NCBI GenBank assembly: GCA_003344405.1
Contig: NOWV01000130.1
Coordinates: 62,001-126,000 of the forward strand
Length of the DNA: 64,000 nt
From: Trichoplax sp. H2
Lineage: Eukaryota
Direction of reading: 5' to 3'
In this document: positions 12,627 through 26,000 of the stretch, piece by piece
Position numbering within the stretch: position 1 is the first letter of the stretch
How the letters are laid out: every line of letters begins with the position of its first letter
The notes under the pieces: generated by a model
Told to the model about the DNA's origin: nothing
The model's database searches: none
The model's input: the letters and a program-made list of their open reading frames with translations, nothing else
Position numbers and translations under genes: made by a program

Positions 12627-12866
12627 GAAAATGCTCACTCAGTATTTTTCTCTTACTTCTATGGGATGTACGTTCAACTCCGTAACGCATGCGAACGCGG
12701 GTAAATTCGATATATCGGGATATTAAACAGAAATCGAGGACATTGTATCATAATGCTTATCGTAATTACTACCGTGTTTAGTCTACCACTGTCTGCTGGA
12801 GAGATTAAAAATTAATTTTCACAATCCTTGTAAGTGAAATGATCACTGAGATAGAACTTTATTTAG

Positions 12867-13105
12867 AGTCTAGTCCATTCATTAATCTTAGTAATAGTCT
12901 AAATTCGTAGGCAAAGAATTACTAGATTAAAATATCTCCGTAATTCTTTTAAATGAGAAAACAGAGAAGTATACACGTATATACTGGAAATTTATTCATA
13001 GTCTAGTCCATTTATTAATCTTATTAATAGTCTAATACATTTATAGTCAAAGTATGACGAGATTAAAAAATCTTCATTACTCATTTAAATAGAAAACAGG
13101 GAACT
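12867..13105. repeat. Diverged tandem duplication, period about 133 bp, 2 copies
   Basis: AGTCTAGTCCATT(C/T)ATTAATCTTA(G/T)TAATAGTCTAA...AGATTAAAA...AGAAAACAG starts at both 12867 and 13000. Confidence 0.75.
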
Positions 13106-14450
13106 GTATTACTATATTGACCTTGAAGGTATTTCTTCGTCAATAATAAACGTTGAGGTTTTATCAACTCATTTCAATTCGAACGCCCGTAAAAGGAGAT
13201 ATTATTAATTTCTTTCACGTCAGAATGATAATAATTAATGACGTAAAATTAGACAAAATGAAAAAAGGATTGGAGCCAAGAACACCGATTATAACAATAT
13301 CCGTTATATGTATACAAGCAATACATTGGACATACAATAGATGATGCAGCAATGTCATTGATATTTTCATGGTTTACGCAGTGCATCAAGATTATTAACT
13401 GCAAATATTCAAATCGTTGTTACTAATAACTCTAAATACTGTAATTTATATATAGATATTAAGAAAGAATAATTTCAATGAATATTTAATAATTCATACT
13501 TGAATCAAGTTAGTTCTTAATTTACTTTAATTTTTCCAGTTCCTTTTATTTATTTAGAAGTTCGCATGCTGTATATGTTATGGCCATTCCTAAGAACGTT
13601 TTCAATCTTAGGACTGATTATGATCAATGAATATAGCCTATACAAAGTCTTAAACACCTAGTACTGCCTCATAATAATGATTAATTCTTTCACTAAATTA
13701 TCATACACTGTTTTATGGCTCAGATTATTCAACAAGTATATATATGCGTACATTCACATTGATTTCTATCGATGTTAAACATAATACTGTAGCAACCAAT
13801 ACTAATTATATTTTATTATTGTATTAAATAACAAAGCCGCTATAGTATTGAGTCTTAACTCACCTTAGTGACTTTTATATCAAAATCATTACCATTATAA
13901 TTAGCATTCACGTAGAAAGTTGCACTATATTTAACTGTTGAATAGGGACGGCAATAATGGATTCGATATTATGTATGCTCTGCCCTGCACCTATTATTTA
14001 TTTTACTCTATACATTATGTATTTATCTTATAAGAAAAGGGCTGATTATCATGCTAATCATTATTCGTTCAATTTCATTGGTTAAGGCACTTTTTCCCTT
14101 AGGCAAATAACTGAATAAGTTATTTCTTTCTCCCGTCGTAAGTTACTTTAGTTTTTATTGAAAACATTTGATATTACTAGTCGTCAATTTGGGTAGCCTT
14201 CAAGAAGAAATTAATAACTTTACTTAGAAAAAATCGCGATAGCATATCATACAGGTTGAATTTTTAAGCAATATTTAGTAGATTGTATCTATTTCGATTA
14301 AGTAAAACTCTTGTCTTCCTTCTTTGATTTTATAACATCGATTTAAATGTAACTAACACTTTTAGATTAAATCTTTTTTCGTTTAAAACGTAACTAATTA
14401 CCTCGCCTTTTTGACTAGATCGTCCTAGCTTAATTTAATTTTTATTGAAG

Positions 14451-17140
14451 ATGAAGTTCATTATAGTATCATTACTGATTACTATTGCGGCGTTATCGTT
14501 AATCGTCGAAGCCGATAAAACTCAATCTAAGGTAAATCTTATAATGTTTGTCAAATTAATAATGTATCCCACTTTTTTCTAGGCATTTTACGATTTTTAA
14601 AGAAAATGATGGTTGTTGCATAGCAATTTTATAGCATTTTACGTTATAGTATACATCTACTGTATTGCCGCTCTTGTTTTTCGAGAAACCTGTTGATTCA
14701 TCATTACAGTGCCAAGTATAAATGCTTACACCAACATAACTATTCAATCGCCGATGTAAAAATTTTGATTTAAAACCACGATAAACAGAAGTCCGGACAT
14801 ATTTTCTTAAACATTTACTTTGTTAAAGCGTTCATGAACTTTTACTTGATTAAAAAATTCAGCTCGATGCTTTACAGTCTCACACTTTGATTTGGAGTTC
14901 TAATTCAGAAAAAATTATATCGCGGGCTTATATTTTATAACCAAAATGTGCGCTTAATATCTTGTTAACTATCAAAACGACATCATTCTAATTAAGTACG
15001 GCCTAATAATGTTTAGTAGCCTGTTGATTCATCCTTTAGTAATCCAGAAGTATACATGGCTAACTACCCAAGACTCTTAAAATAACGATTTCTTCCTTCT
15101 ATGTTCTATGAATAGAAATTATCGAAAACCTTGAAAAATAGCCATTCTGAATCTCTTAATAAAATGTTCTTCGCTGGTACGCTAATTTTTATCTTTTCAA
15201 CGAATCTTTACAGTAATTGAGTTAAACAGATAAAATAAGTAACTTACTCTTAAGGTGTACTAATATATTCTATACAATATGTAACAGCAATGATGAAAAG
15301 ATTGGCAATGGCAAACATGGACGAGGACGAGGGCGATGAAGAGTCAGACAGAGAAAGAGAATCATGGGAAGATAGAGATGACGAAATTGTACCGGATAAA
15401 ATACTAAATAAAGTACATCAAACTAAAGCAAAAAAGCCTTTGAAAAAAATAGTTAAAGTAGAAAAACCACTAAAGAAAGAAAACCATGGTGAGTTGAGAG
15501 AAAATACATGCTATTTTATGTTACGCTGATTGATTTCTGATAAAATATTCATTCAAATAATCATTACATTTAATATTACTGCCTACAGAGAACGTATACT
15601 ATACTGTGGTAGCATAGGAGATAGGATAATATTACTGTTAGGCGTAATACTACTTTACTTTTTGAGCTTGGAATAAATGCACTCTAAGTAATAACTTTAT
15701 TGTAATCAATTTATATACCCCTGGAGCACTACGTATTCTCACTTATTCCTTCAGTATCTATCCATTTTTATCGACGGTCTAATTTCTTTATTTTTAATTC
15801 AATTTATTTACAGACATTAACAAATCATCCAAGAACCAAAAATCAGGTATATTTACTCTGTAATTATAAGAAACCGTATTATCTTGTCTTAGCTACAGCA
15901 CAATACGACGGACATGTTTTTAACCAGATCCGTTTAGATATTATTGAACAGCTCTGCTGGTAATAAAAGCTGGAGGCCTTCCCATCATCTAATATTATTT
16001 CAACTAATAAATAGTATTTTTATCAATCATCAAGTCTTATGGATTTTTAAAATTATCTCTATTTTAGATAAAGACAGCCAAAAATCGTCCGATAAAAAAT
16101 CAGGTATCTTTAATTTTGTAAAATATTATAAGCTTTAACGAAATATCGTTTTGATAACTATCATAAATTGGTTTAAGATAAAATTAATTTATACAAGTAT
16201 ACAACCATGAAATATTCATTCCGATAATAACGTTCTAGTTCATTAACAATAACATTCAGTTTTAGCCCATCATTGATAACTCTATTAACCGGTCTTCAAT
16301 CATTTTAAATATGCCTTTTCAGCCGCTAAAGCTCAGCTTAACGATAAAATATGTGGAAAATCGGCATTTTCTGAACATATGACTCGCATTGTTGGTGGAC
16401 AAGAAGCAACACCGCATTCATTACCTTGGCAAGTAACATTACTTATTAGAAGAACTTACTTTAATGGCAAAGTAAGTGAACATGCTTACTGCGGTGGTTC
16501 ATTAATTTCACGCGAATGGATCGCAACAGCAGCACATTGTGCTAAGGATAAGTATCCAGCTGAAGATATGCGTATCTGGTTAGGCAGTCATGATCTGACA
16601 AAGCAGGAATCATCGCGTGTTAAGCGTAGTGTAATCAAGAAAATACAAAACCCTCATTATAACGCTCCAACTACTGATTACGATATCGCGCTATTACAAT
16701 TAGATAAAGCTGTTGAATTTAATGAATATGTTAGGCCAATATGCCTTCCAGAAGCACAAAAACGAGCTATAGAAGGCTCTCAATCACTTATATCAGGTTG
16801 GGGAACGCTTTCCTTCCGTGGAAACACATCACCAACATTGCAAGTTGCTGTCGTGCCGATCGTTAGCCGTGAAACTTGCAACAGTTTGAGAAGCTATCAT
16901 GGCCAAATTACAACCAGAATGTTATGTGCTGGCTATACAGAAGGTGGTGTAGATACTTGCCAAGGAGATAGTGGTGGACCGTTGGCTACTCAAGTTAAAA
17001 ACAGTGACAAATTTGAGTTAACCGGAGTCGTCAGTTGGGGTGCAGGCTGCGCTAGACAGTACAAGTATGGTGTCTATACAGATGTATCATACTTCCGTGA
17101 TTGGATTGATAAAATGGTCAATCAATATTCTCGTCTGTAA
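14451..17140 (+). CDS. Secreted trypsin-like (S1A) serine protease zymogen, about 409 aa, with a long acidic/basic pro-region
   Basis: Exons 14451-14531 (signal peptide MKFIIVSLLITIAALSLIVEA), 15116-15176, 15288-15488, 15814-15846, 16068-16103 and 16323-17140 join in frame (1230 nt). Activation site CG...R|IVGG; catalytic triad motifs TAAHC, DIALL, GDSGGP; Asp at the S1 pocket (VDTCQGDS). Confidence 0.9.
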
Positions 17141-20100
17141 TGCCTCTTAGACTAACTAATGTGCACTTCAATAAGAATGTGCCATAAATCCATGTTGACA
17201 AAGCTTTAAATGCATCTGCCTTGAAAATTTCAATCACGAAAACAAGTCTACAAAAATATCACCCGTTATACATGAAAAAAATTGAAGCTATCAAAACTGA
17301 GTCCAATATTTAATTGCTGCCAATGTATAATTGCACGTCAGGGATATTAAAGTTTAACACAAGCTTGGCGTAAGAACATTTTAACAATTGGATTATTTAT
17401 TCTTATCCTTTTTCGTATTTTGTATAGGTGTTATTTTTTGCGCGTATCGCAATGTAATACCTTGCTCAAGTAGAATTAGGACCATTAGTTTTTGATGATG
17501 TTCGTGTTCAAGTTAACAGTAGTTTCATTATATTTAGTTTTCCTTAGTTAATCTACAAATCATAGGGTATTTTTATACTAATAGTACTTAATTTCTTAAC
17601 TTAAAGGGACTTTAGATTAACAATTATACTGGAAATCTAAAGCAATACTAACTTATTGTTAGCTCTTGGCATTTATTATTTTACGATGGTTATATGATAT
17701 CTCGATTTAGGTTATAAGTTATCATTACTATCATTGATTAGCAATGCAAAATGGCGTAATATTATTTGGAAATATTTTTATAATTTCATTGCCTGTAATT
17801 TTAATATTCAACCTTTAATAAATATACCTGTCTTAATAGAACTGTATGAGCGTCACTACTAACTATATCAGCTTTAATGACATTGAAGCGTAGCAGAGGA
17901 TGCTTAGACTCAATTACTTACTTGAAGCACACGTGTTAAGGACTGCAGGTGTCGCGAATATTTATTTATCTTTCAACATCAATAATGGCTTCATACTATT
18001 AATCATGTTCAATCAAAACTACTAGTATTGATTGGTTATATTTATAGTAGCTAATTACGATCTAAGATCTTAAGTTTAAATTTCTGCAATTATAAAAATA
18101 AAAATTGGAAGGCATACCGCATGCAATGCTGAAGTATAAGTGTGCCATTAAATTACCTTCAAATGTTGCACTGATTACAGGTATCTAGGCATTAAGTGAT
18201 TAATGAAATTATGTCAGTCGTATTACTATCTATGGCATCAACTTACCCAAAAATTTGTCATGCTATATGGGCAAAGACATACCGAAATTTTATAATAAAT
18301 TACCTTTGTTGCGGGTAAGAATATTATATCCTAATTTTTGAAGGAACAGGTAATCTGAAGTAGCCTATAGAATCAAACCTACCTTTTAATATTAATTCCT
18401 CTCTTGCATCAATCATATCTCCCTTCCAATCGATCAATCGATATACATCGTTATTTATACACTTTCTATAGAGGCTGGCCTATTCTGCCTACGTCTAATG
18501 GAATGTTCTAATGATTATCGGGCACGCCCAAATCTTAGTTGCTGGAAAATAAACAAACGCTAAGTATTGTGAATAGATGAATCTGATTAATTGCACATAC
18601 CTGCTAGAATAAATCTAATAACGTATTATGTGCCTTAAAAATTAATCATTATCGTTTGTTTCGAAATTAAACAAAATAATTGTCAAAAAAATGAACATCG
18701 TAAACGTTAGGATCTGCCAATGAAGTATGGTTACTGAAGTGAATCCCCAAATATTGCGTAGTCAAGACGTTTCTAATAATGTACCGTAACTATTTTGAAA
18801 TTCCCCAGTTATATCTTTTAATAATAAACTGCGATATATTAGCAATAATTAACAATTACACCAATGTTTGTGATATTCAAAATAAAACAAGAACTATAAC
18901 GTAGTTTACGCAGTTATCGCTTAATGCTGTATTAAAAATGAAATAGCAAGGATTATGGCAACTAGCTTGAATACCTTACATCGACAGTCTATAATAATCA
19001 AGGTATTACATAATGTTCTGTATTTCTATAATATTGATAAAGTCTGAAATTGATAATAATTTTTCACTCTCTATAAATAAATTTCCAATTCGAACACAGC
19101 TTGAAATCAAATGAGTACAACGCAAAGGTTATAATCATTATTGCAAGCGTAAACGCCATATTTGAGCAATTTTGAGAAAATGTATGAACGTTAATTTAAG
19201 CTGAACCCGTAATTCATTAAAATAATGTACCAGAAATACAAAAGATAAAAATTTAGATTATTCAAAATGCCGTTCTAGAATTTCTTATGCTCTGAGATTT
19301 TCTAGTTTAAAGGGTTAAAGCATCAAAACCAAAGCAATGCAGCATATCAAGAAAGCTTTCATTGGGCGAATTGAAAGAGACCAGTTTATGGCATGGGAGC
19401 TTAAGCTACAGTAAATTTATCAGAAAGCCGATTAATATCCTAGTAGAAAACATAAGAAAGTTTAATGGTAAAGAAATATATATATTCATGGATTATTACT
19501 ACCTTATCGCTAGCAATAGACCAAAAATTTATACCTAATTACTGTACACGCCGCGTTTCCCCGTCATTATAAATTTTTAAGTATCGTAGGTTCCCCTAAA
19601 TTGTGGCAAAGATTGCTCGATATCGGTATTCGACATCACTATTACTTTACCTTAGATTATTAGGTTGGTGTTATTTTTTTTAGTCATAGATATATGAATG
19701 TTATTGTTGAAAATTTACAGTAAACTATGCTATCGTAATATAAACGGACAGTTTACAATATATATATACAGTTCATAATAAGCAGGTAACGTCTTATTTT
19801 AATGTATCAAGCGAGAAGCTCAAGAACCATACCCTGTAGAATTTTACTATTACCTATGTAAAATTTAAACAAAAGACCCTTTAAAACCGGAAGTGCGTCT
19901 AAGCCAGTAATATTAAGAATACCTATTGCCTCTATGGGTTTTATTCTACAGATCATAGCTGTATCACAGTGGTCTCTCCATGAAAATTACATCGGTTATA
20001 GAATTGTACCCAAAGGGTGCTAATGCTATGCTATTAATTACATCTCATCAACAAATCATCTCAAATTTGAGTAGCAATTACAATTGCCATACTAATTCTT

Positions 20101-23049
20101 GAATCTGCATTGCAATCGTAAAATGTTACTCAGAATAGTAGCTGCATCTACTGTAATGGATTAAGTAATGCACCATATTTAGTAGTCAATGATATATCTA
20201 GTGGTCCACTGTACTGTATGCTCAAGCAATCGTAGACTATCTATATTATTTATTACCATGCTTAGCAAATCTTTAAAAATTCAGGTATCTTACTTTGATA
20301 TATACCAATCACGAAATTCCAAATTTTAGAAAAATAAGGGCTTTATTGAATCTTATACAAAGATTAACTACACACAACTCTACTCTAGCCGAATACTACT
20401 ACTAAAGACTTCTACAACGAACTAACAGAATAATCTAAAGTTGCATGCTTTTATACTTTTCGTAGCATTCGCAGCTACAATCCGCATGGCAACCTTTTAC
20501 CTTATTTTACATATAGTTAAATTATTCTTTGTAAGACTATTCTACTGCGGACCATCATTAATCCAATATGGATACGACTACAGTACTTACGTAGACATTA
20601 TTCACACCAGCCAAAATACAATGAATTAACCACATCCTAATATATGATTTACAGTTCTATTTTTACCTATAGCCTTATTAGTATTTCAACACCTTACTGT
20701 TTATAGTCATCAGTACTCTAGCATAGAGTCTCTACCACTACAGTCTATAGTTATAGCTACCAAATATCTCTTAGGATAAATATCTACCGTACATTATACT
20801 AAACGTGGCTAATAGTCTACAATCATAATACTAGTTACATTACACTTACCCTTTGAATTTTCGCTAGATATTGAGAATTTGCTATAAAAGTAGGAATGAA
20901 TCGATGAATTACAGCAAATTTTCACTTTATCCACTACGATACACATCTAAGGTGTAAAAATGTACGCAAATTTGGGTCTATAATGCTGCTACAGTACCAC
21001 ATTTGTAGTTATTACCTAGATAGCACTCGACATATAACAGTCCTACGCTAAGTGGTGTAGAATATACCTAAATAGTCAATAGCAGTAGAGCACAATTTCA
21101 ATTTATTACGCCATACTGTTAAGTGTAAGCATAAATTTAGCGTAGGACTAATAAATAATGGTATATAATTGTGTCAATTTCATTATGCTCTATATGGCAT
21201 CGATAGTATACAATAAAACTGAGAAACATAATCTTTATGTTCAATATTAGTATAGGTTCAAAGTCATATTCAAATTAAGTGCGACCATGACCACACTGAT
21301 CTAATAATATTTTATTACGTCATTCTGATTGAATTCTAATAATGTAGGATATTGTGGGTATGCCAGCATGAACCCAATCATCACCGTAAAAAGCGGGAGT
21401 TACAATTTAGCTTCCGAACTATTTATATAATTATTTAGGATTAACTCTGGGTCGCCAGTACATGCAAGAGGAATACGCCTTCATTCATCTCCAGAGAGGA
21501 TACACAAAACGCTTAATCATTTATTTCATACCATTTAAAATATTTTAAATAAGACAGTTTCAGTTCTTAACACTAGCACTACATTATAAACTTTAAACAA
21601 AAGATAAGCGCATACATAAAATTTTGCTCTCTATGTATGCATCCGAATAATTTAGGATAAAGTTTAATTGGATTCGACTGCATTGTACCCGTTCTATTTG
21701 GTTATAGACACATTTCCGTAAAATCTTACCTCTTTGTACAATCAGTTGCCATTACTTAGCTAATATGAAGAATATAGACTAGACATAACTAAATAAATCA
21801 TCATACAAATTGAAAGATATAATACTCATTTATAGCGCAACTTATGTTTCATAGGATATGGTGAATTCAACATGACGATATATATATAATTTAAGAAACG
21901 AACATAAAACGTGTGATTCTCAACAGTTTGTTTTTACAGGACGAGATTTTGTATTATCGACCTTGAGTGCTACCTCTAAAGCAAGAGAAAATGGAGAGAC
22001 TTTGTGAAATAATAGATGTGACACAACGGTACCAAACTATTGAATATACTGTACGCGTATATACTTCGTAAAAGATGAGTGGAGACGCCTTTACCATTTA
22101 TCGTAAACCGTCAGTAAAGCGACGGGAGTTTGCACTAGTAGTGAATGAAATAAGTAATAGCTAATCCAGTTCTAGATTTGTTCGTCTACCTATGTTTAGC
22201 ACTTACCTCCCTTAAATAACTATTAACTGTCAAATTAATGAGAATTAGAATTGAATGCATGCCATAAGATTATCTAGAAGAATTATTTTAGAAATAGCGA
22301 TACTGTAAAGGCTTACATCCAGAATGTAGTTCTATCGCCACTACAGCAAATCAGAAGAATTCTGCAGTATGCTGACTTTCAAGCTCAAAGTACAACTCTA
22401 TTTATCCTCTTTTGCTAATGTTAACAGCACTATATTCGTCACAGCTATAACGTTGCCATAGTATTCAGGTTAAGAATAATAAACCAACAGGAATAGTCTT
22501 TCTCGCATCTTCGTAAACTGCACAGTCACTTCTTGGTTCAACCCCTACTGCGCTATCAAAAGGATTGATTAAGTCTTAAGACATTCATATCTCTTATAAC
22601 AAAGTCCTTCATTGATAGAATTTGTTTCAATCTTCACGTACTTATCAAAAAATATATTTGCAGAAATATTTCTTGTTGAATAAGCTAGTTTTCAATTATT
22701 ATAATCATCAAATTGAAATAAGTTTAAAACTAATATTACTGTATTCAATGTCTATGGAATAGCATTTGATAAATATGCAAATACGATCGAGTAACCTCGA
22801 TAAGAATGTTTACTATTTCTTAAAATAAGTAAATAAGTGCAAAGTTCTCCTGGTACGAAATGGTAACTATTTACAAAGCAAACTAACGATGCTTTATCCT
22901 TATTTCTTATAATGAAGGATTAAAACCATAAAAAGCTTAAGTTATGACCCCAGGGGTTTAAAATTTTATTATAAATATTCCAGATCAGCAGTCTTCAATT
23001 TATTTAAGCGACGAATTCATACCGCAAAGCAAAAACCTCCCTCGCAATC

Positions 23050-26000
23050 ATGATCAAGACCTGTATTCTAATTCCTTTCGCGATTATTCTCCTACTTTTA
23101 CTTCATTCAAGTAAAGTTGAGGCTCAAGTAAGGCACAGTTCTAATACACTTTATACAATGTTTTAGCCGTAACATACTATGCACTAAATAAATTTGACTG
23201 TGGTGCATCTCAGATAGCATTGGTCCATAGATATAAAATGTTTGTTGGCATGTATGGAACGAGTAAGCTCCCAGATATCAAGAACTATCTTCAAAATACA
23301 GCATTAAAAATCTAACCTTAAATTAAAAAGTGATCAATGTAAAAGACTAGCATCAAACTTTACACTTGCAAGAAACCAAAACGAAATTTCATTTGTTAAT
23401 ATACTGGAATTTATAAAGAATATTACGTAGTATTGATACTAATTAAATAATATAAATCTTTTATCTCCTTATTCAAATCCTGTGGTTCAACATTATAACA
23501 ATCCTGTTCACTCTTCTCTAATCCAAAAAAATGTAAGAATACTATCACTTATGCCCGCATATCATTTATATCGAAGTTTTAATTTCCTATTTTATAATTA
23601 GCACAAGAGTTAATACAAAAAAGTAGCATACAGAGCACATTCACAAAAGTGGATATCTAATGTTAGTAGCATAATCAAAAGTGAATTTTAATATCTGAAT
23701 ATATTTCGATTCATAGAGGAGGAAACAAGTACAGAATATCCTCTGTGTAACAGTAATCCTTGCTTTGCTGGACTGTGTTTCAATTCGAGCAATGGACAGT
23801 CTTATACCTGTGATTGCTTTACTGGTTTTCAAGGTGTAAATTGCGAGCAAGGTACGTACTATAGTATGACATTTTTCCCTTAAATTTAACAGATTTACCT
23901 TATACCTCAATCTTTCAATAACTCAGTTGCCAACAAATACAGTACATTATCAAATTGAATATTTCAATGATCTATACTATAATGCGTCACTTCATATTTT
24001 GCCATAATATTTCCGATCGTTACACATCGCAGCAGAAGTATTCGTATTACCGCTAACGGCCACTTTTGCTTAATATATCACATACTATTTTCTTTATAGT
24101 GATGTTAAATCCTTGCGCAAGCAATCCTTGTTTCGCTGGTCAATGCACTTATTCTAATCGAACGTTAGCTTACCAATGTAATTGCAACTCCGGGTGGTCA
24201 GGCCAATACTGCGATATAGGTTAGTATCTTAAGTTGAATTCATAGCAAAAACTTCTTTCATATGCATGCGCTAATTTAATCTCTGAAACAAGTCTGTTCA
24301 ATTAATAGTCATATTGCAATAAAGCTGATTTATATTGCGATATCCATCGATTTATAATAAACATTATTACACTCGATTATAGAATTATAAATAAAATAAT
24401 CAACTTATACTAGCAATACGCAAATATTGCCATTTGCATGTACCATAGTATACTGTATATATTTTTAAGTAATCTATCACTATTTCGCTCTATATTTTCA
24501 TACACAGTCTTTAATTTCGATCACTTTCTGCGAAATGTAGTAACAGATGCTTGCACCAACAATCCTTGCTGGGCAGGAGAATGTTTATCAATATCCAATG
24601 GAACTCAATATGTTTGTGTGTGTGATTCTGGCTATACTGGAAGCAGGTGTCAAGAGAGTAAGTGAGATCGTTGCAGCTTTTATTATCATTATTATTTAGT
24701 ATACGTATTACAAATTTGAATATTTTGCTAAAGCTCTAAATTGTTATGATTAAAATTTTAATTGTTTATGTTCATACAATTACACATTCGCAGGAATTAC
24801 TGATGGTTGCCAAGATCAACCGTGTTGGGCAGGTACATGTCAGCCAACCGGAGATCAAAACTTTACATGTAACTGCGTTCCAGGATACACTGGCAAATTG
24901 TGCGATCAGAGTACGTAGAAACTAAAAATTCTGCAAACTTACTATTTATCCTTTGATATATCACGATTAACTTCAGTAATTTAAGAAAATAAGATAAAAT
25001 ATCTTTCCAATATTTTAATCCTTATTTTACTGATTTGCAAAAAATTTTCAGCTGATTGAAATTATCATAAAATACTAACAGTATAATGAATCCCTAAAAT
25101 ATTGTTATTACTAATCCCTATTATATTTCATCACTTAAATACTGTTACGTTTCTTTAATCTGAGCTTTACTTAATTGTACTATTAGAGAATTCATCGGTA
25201 TTCCCTTGTGCAAGTAATCCATGTTTCGCTGGAACTTGTGTAAGCAGAGAATTTAGTAGCGGAAAATTCTATGTTTGTCAGTGTCCGCCTTCCTATACTG
25301 GTGAACGTTGTGAATCAGGTAAATCTAGCATTAATATAAAAAGCTACATTGATGCTATTTAGATATTATATAGCACCTAGAGTGAGCGAGTACTACATTT
25401 ATCAATTGCTAGCTAATAATAAAGTCTGTAAAAGTCTAGTAATAAAAAATACCACTTATTAAGCAATACTTTAATGAAGTCATTATAGAATGGGTTATTC
25501 AACGTAAGTCTTATTTAAAATAGCATCAAAGTATTAAAATACTGGTGATAGTCTACTGTAAACTTAAGCCTGCAAATTCAAACCTATTTTCTTCTTGTTA
25601 TATGTTATAGTGCGAAATAATCATCCTTGTCAAAAGAATAATTGCTTGTTTGGAACTTGTCAAGCAACTTCTAGCGTTTTCTACAAATGTAACTGCTATC
25701 AAGGATTTACCGGTGCAAGATGTGATCAAGGTAAGACGATAGAGATAATGATAGAATATTAATATTTCAATAATACTGTATAGGGTTACAATTATATTCC
25801 ATGAACGCCTAGATATAGTCGTAAAATACTAAAAATTTATCTACCGTACTTCTAATCTCAGCGGATGAGACAGTACTACCGTGTTATGTTAACCCATGCC
25901 AACATGATGGAACTTGCACAAATACGAATGCAGGTACAAACTACACTTGCACTTGTCAAGGGAGATTCACTGGCCGAAATTGCGATACCAGTGAGTATAA

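Noticed and set aside
16379..17140. Stand-alone 253-aa protease starting at MTRIVGG
   Set aside because: It has no signal peptide; an acceptor at 16322|16323 links it in frame to upstream exons.
23641..23910. 89-aa minus-strand ORF (also 27514-27762)
   Set aside because: Antisense shadows of EGF and CUB exons.
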